A DNA stretch of 32,000 bases. It comes from Candidatus Iainarchaeum sp. GTDB taxonomy: Archaea > Iainarchaeota > Iainarchaeia > Iainarchaeales > JAZDEL01. The notes below the pieces were generated by a model, which made no database searches, was not told the DNA's origin, and worked only from the letters and a program-made list of their open reading frames with translations. This document shows, in pieces, positions 29,480-32,000 of this stretch. The stretch spans positions 31,284-63,283 of the forward strand of contig JAZDEL010000008.1 in NCBI GenBank assembly GCA_043808785.1, given 5' to 3'. Each line of letters opens with the position of its first letter. Position 1 is the first letter of the stretch. A program made the position numbers and the translations under genes.

Positions 29480-30369
29480 TGAAGCAGGCATCGATACCGT
29501 TCAGCCCTTTGCCGGCAAAAATGCTGCTGCAGCTTTGCGGGCGCTTTAAGGGAATGGGGGCTAGGATAACAAACGCTTTCCCCTACATGAAAGTGGAGCT
29601 GAAGCAGGCGGAACTCGGGGTTGACGAGGCTGAATACGGCGCCGCAATGGTCTTCCTGTTCGGGTTCTATTTTGTGGCGGCAACCATAGTGGTTTATGCT
29701 ATGGGGCTGCAGTTCTTCCCTGAAAACGCGATTATTGCGGCGCCGACACTCGGCGGAATATTCGCATTCCTTGTGCTGATACAGCTAAGCATGTTCCCGA
29801 AAATAAAGGTAAAGAAGAAGGTAAGGGACATAGAGCGCAACCTTATTTTTGCGCTTAGGACCCTGCTCATCGAAATAAAATCCGGCGTCACGCTTTTCAA
29901 CGCGATAAACGTGGTTGCGGAAGGGCGCTACGGTGCGGTAAGCAGGGAATTCAGCAAGGCCGTTGAGAAGATAAATACCGGCACGAGCGAGGAGGCCGCG
30001 CTTGAGGAAATCGCCGCCCAAAATCCCTCGCTTTTCTTCAGGAGGGCGATGTGGCAGCTGCTTAACGGCCTTAAAACCGGCGGGGACATAAGCAATGCGG
30101 TTGCCGCAATGGTGGATACGCTTGCAAAGGAGCAGGCAAATCAGGTGAGGAAATACGGCTCGTCGCTGAGGCTGCTCTCGCTTGTTTACATGATGCTTGG
30201 CGTGATAATACCTGCATTGGGGCTGACTTTCCTCATAATACTCGGGTCGTTCCCGCAGATAGCGATAACGGAGATGATGTTCTGGGCACTGCTTGCGGCA
30301 ATAATCCTCGGGCAGTTTATGTATCTCGGCATGCTTAAATCCGGAAGGCCGAACCTCATGGGTGAGTGA
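29476..30369 (+). CDS. T2SSF-domain membrane platform protein, half 1 (TadB/EpdJ-like)
   Basis: One T2SSF module (LIFALRTLLIEIKSGVTLFNAINVVAEG...FFRRAMWQLLNGLKTGGDISNAVAAMVDTLAKEQ) flanked by TM helices. An ATGA overlap joins it to the ATPase stop. Confidence 0.85.
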   Translation: MMKQASIPFSPLPAKMLLQLCGRFKGMGARITNAFPYMKVELKQAELGVDEAEYGAAMVFLFGFYFVAATIVVYAMGLQFFPENAIIAAPTLGGIFAFLVLIQLSMFPKIKVKKKVRDIERNLIFALRTLLIEIKSGVTLFNAINVVAEGRYGAVSREFSKAVEKINTGTSEEAALEEIAAQNPSLFFRRAMWQLLNGLKTGGDISNAVAAMVDTLAKEQANQVRKYGSSLRLLSLVYMMLGVIIPALGLTFLIILGSFPQIAITEMMFWALLAAIILGQFMYLGMLKSGRPNLMGE

Positions 30370-30370
30370 T

Positions 30371-31369
30371 ATGTACAAGAAAATAGCGGCATTCATCCCT
30401 TCGGGCATAATCAAGGCGTTCAGGAGGGAAATGGACTACCTCAATATAGACCTGAGCGAGAAGACCGTGGTTGGGTTCATTGTTGTTTATGGCGCTGCAC
30501 TGAGCCTCGGGATTGCGCTGTGCGCGTTTGCCTTCATAGGGGTAGATATTGCCGCGACTTTCCTGGCCTCATTTGTGCTGTTCTGCGTGGGCACATACCT
30601 CTGGCTAAGCATTGCCGCCGAATCGAAGGGAAAGCTTGTGGATTCAATACTCCCCGACGCGCTGCAGCTCATTGCCGCAAACATAAAGGCGGGGCTGACA
30701 ACCGAAAGGGCACTGCTTGTTTCGGCAAGGCCCGAATTCGGGCCGCTTGAGGCTGAACTTAAGGCCACTGGGCGGAGGATTATGGCAGGCATTCCGCTCG
30801 AGGTCGCGCTCGAGGAAATACCCAGGAAGATAAAATCCGAGACGCTTGAGAGGATGATATGGCTCATATCCAAGGGGATAGAGAGCGGGGGGCAGATTGC
30901 GGACCTCCTTACGCACCTTTCCGACGACATGCGGGAGCAGAACAGCGTGAAGGACGAAATATCCGCGAATGTGTCGATGTATGTGCTGCTTATTTTCTTC
31001 TCCTCCGCAATGGGCGGGCCCATCCTGTTCGGGGTGAGCAGTTTCATTGTGCAGATCCTTGGTGCGCAGACCGCAAACATGCCGCACCTCGATATTTCAT
31101 CCCTGCCCGGCGGAGGGGGGAGCTCTGCAGGAATTGCCGCAATGGCCAGCGGGGGCGGGGCTTCGATACCTCCCGATTTCGTCATGCTCTTCTCCGAGAT
31201 TTGCCTTGTTGTTACCGCGATATTTGCGGCACTTACCATGGGGGTAATAAACACAGGCAAGGAGCAGGGAGGGGCAAAATTCATACCCATAATACTTGTG
31301 ATTTCATTCGTACTGTTTTTTGCGGTAAGGGAAGTGCTGAAAGCTGTATTTGGGAACCTGCTTATGTAG
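30371..31369 (+). CDS. T2SSF-domain membrane platform protein, half 2 (TadC/EpdK-like)
   Basis: One T2SSF module (LPDALQLIAANIKAGLTTERALLVSAR...LERMIWLISKGIESGGQIADLLTHLSDDMREQ) with TM helices. ATG 30371 is preceded by GGTGAG; the alternative GTG 30362 would overlap the upstream gene by 8 nt. Confidence 0.85.
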   Translation: MYKKIAAFIPSGIIKAFRREMDYLNIDLSEKTVVGFIVVYGAALSLGIALCAFAFIGVDIAATFLASFVLFCVGTYLWLSIAAESKGKLVDSILPDALQLIAANIKAGLTTERALLVSARPEFGPLEAELKATGRRIMAGIPLEVALEEIPRKIKSETLERMIWLISKGIESGGQIADLLTHLSDDMREQNSVKDEISANVSMYVLLIFFSSAMGGPILFGVSSFIVQILGAQTANMPHLDISSLPGGGGSSAGIAAMASGGGASIPPDFVMLFSEICLVVTAIFAALTMGVINTGKEQGGAKFIPIILVISFVLFFAVREVLKAVFGNLLM

Positions 31370-31531
31370 CTGGCGGGAAACTTGGGGATTGCCGCGAGGC
31401 AATGCCGGAACTTGGCTGCCGCACAGCCGGTGGCAAGCAATTGTCAGGCTTAAGCCTGCGCGGAATAGCGCTGCATGGTTAAGCCCGCTAAGGAATCGGC
31501 TTGAAAAATAAAAGAAGGGGGGAGTGCGGCC

Positions 31532-31996
31532 TTAAGGCGCCCTTCCCTTGCAGCTTGCTGTCGAAGTCCTGCTGAAGCCGTCGGAGTCGGTGTATGTTAT
31601 GGACAGGTTCACTGTGTAGGTTCCCTTGGATGTGAACGTGTCGTTTGTGCCCAGTGTGGATATTATCCTCTTTTCTTCGTTCGCCGAAATCGCACCAAGG
31701 GTGTTTGTGTCTATTAGGTTGCCGGTGAATGTCAGGGTTGCGCCTGTGAGGTTCTGGCCCGTCATGTTTGTGAAGATTACGGTGTATGTGCCGCTGCTGC
31801 ACGCGCCGCCTGCACCTGTGCAGGTTACGCTCTGCGCCCTTATCGGGAGCTTTGCAAGCCCTGTGCAGCCCTCCGCACCTATCTGCGTCGGGTTGATCAG
31901 GAAGACGAGTGCCGCAATCGCGATCACAATGACCACGAGAGCCCAGCCGTATGTCATCAGGTATTCCAGCGCCGATTGACCTTTATTGCCAAACAT
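31532..31996 (-). CDS. archaeal type IV pilin (class III signal peptide), candidate major pilin
   Basis: MFGNKG|QSALEYLMTYGWALVVIVIAIAALVFL is the canonical archaeal prepilin N-terminus. The mature part is Thr/Gly-rich with 4 N-x-S/T sequons (NMT, NLT, NDT, NLS) and 5 Cys. Convergent with the operon. Confidence 0.85.
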   Translation of the reverse strand: MFGNKGQSALEYLMTYGWALVVIVIAIAALVFLINPTQIGAEGCTGLAKLPIRAQSVTCTGAGGACSSGTYTVIFTNMTGQNLTGATLTFTGNLIDTNTLGAISANEEKRIISTLGTNDTFTSKGTYTVNLSITYTDSDGFSRTSTASCKGRAP

Positions 31997-32000
31997 CTTT

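Noticed and set aside
1-32000. Search for tRNA, rRNA, C/D-box sRNA, CRISPR arrays, transposases, integrases and known defence-system genes.
   Set aside because: No cloverleaf-like or rRNA-like sequences were found in intergenic regions. RUGAUGA/CUGA box pairs were seen only inside coding regions. No repeat-spacer arrays were found. No DDE, tyrosine or serine recombinase motifs were recognised. Eye-scanning is not exhaustive, so tRNAscan-SE, Infernal and CRISPR finders should confirm this.

Overview
Gene-dense, moderately GC-rich window that looks archaeal. Evidence for that: TATA-box promoters about 25-40 nt upstream of start codons (mostly leaderless or short-leader), Taw1, a geranylgeranyl reductase with its partner ferredoxin, an archaeal-type PGK, and pilins with class III signal peptides. 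All calls come from reading motifs by eye; no searches were run.

Positions 1-18.8 kb hold housekeeping genes: AMMECR1, Lrp/AsnC, Taw1, a PRC-barrel protein, an NFACT/Rqc2-like protein, ferredoxin + GGR, CoaBC, PGK, cupin-type PGI and class I GAPDH. Interleaved with them are two co-oriented type II toxin-antitoxin pairs (RHH-RelE, AbrB-PIN), a convergently overlapping RHH/PIN gene pair, and several orphan genes, including an HExxH protein and a coiled-coil transglutaminase-like protein.

Positions 19.1-32.0 kb hold the most interesting system, an 11-gene type IV pilus-like locus. It has six consecutive pilin-like proteins with class III signal peptides. Two of these are roughly 750-aa tandem paralogs carrying a vWA domain, one with an intact MIDAS motif and one with every MIDAS residue lost. 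The locus also encodes a 585-aa disordered protein with a winged-helix-like C-terminus, a FlaI/PilB-family ATPase, a platform protein split into two single-domain T2SSF genes (Epd/Tad-like), and a convergent canonical pilin. No prepilin peptidase is visible in the window.

Non-coding signals:
- A 56-58 nt double-hairpin element occurs twice with swapped, stem-preserving hairpins. One copy has its own TATA box and oligo-T tract (candidate sRNA); the other lies in the 5' region of the NFACT gene.
- An A-tract + GC-hairpin motif recurs six times, always on the same strand.
- An identical 22-nt TATA palindrome occurs at two sites.
- A nested ~100-nt palindrome sits in a divergent intergenic region.

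No rRNA, tRNA, CRISPR array or transposase was recognised.
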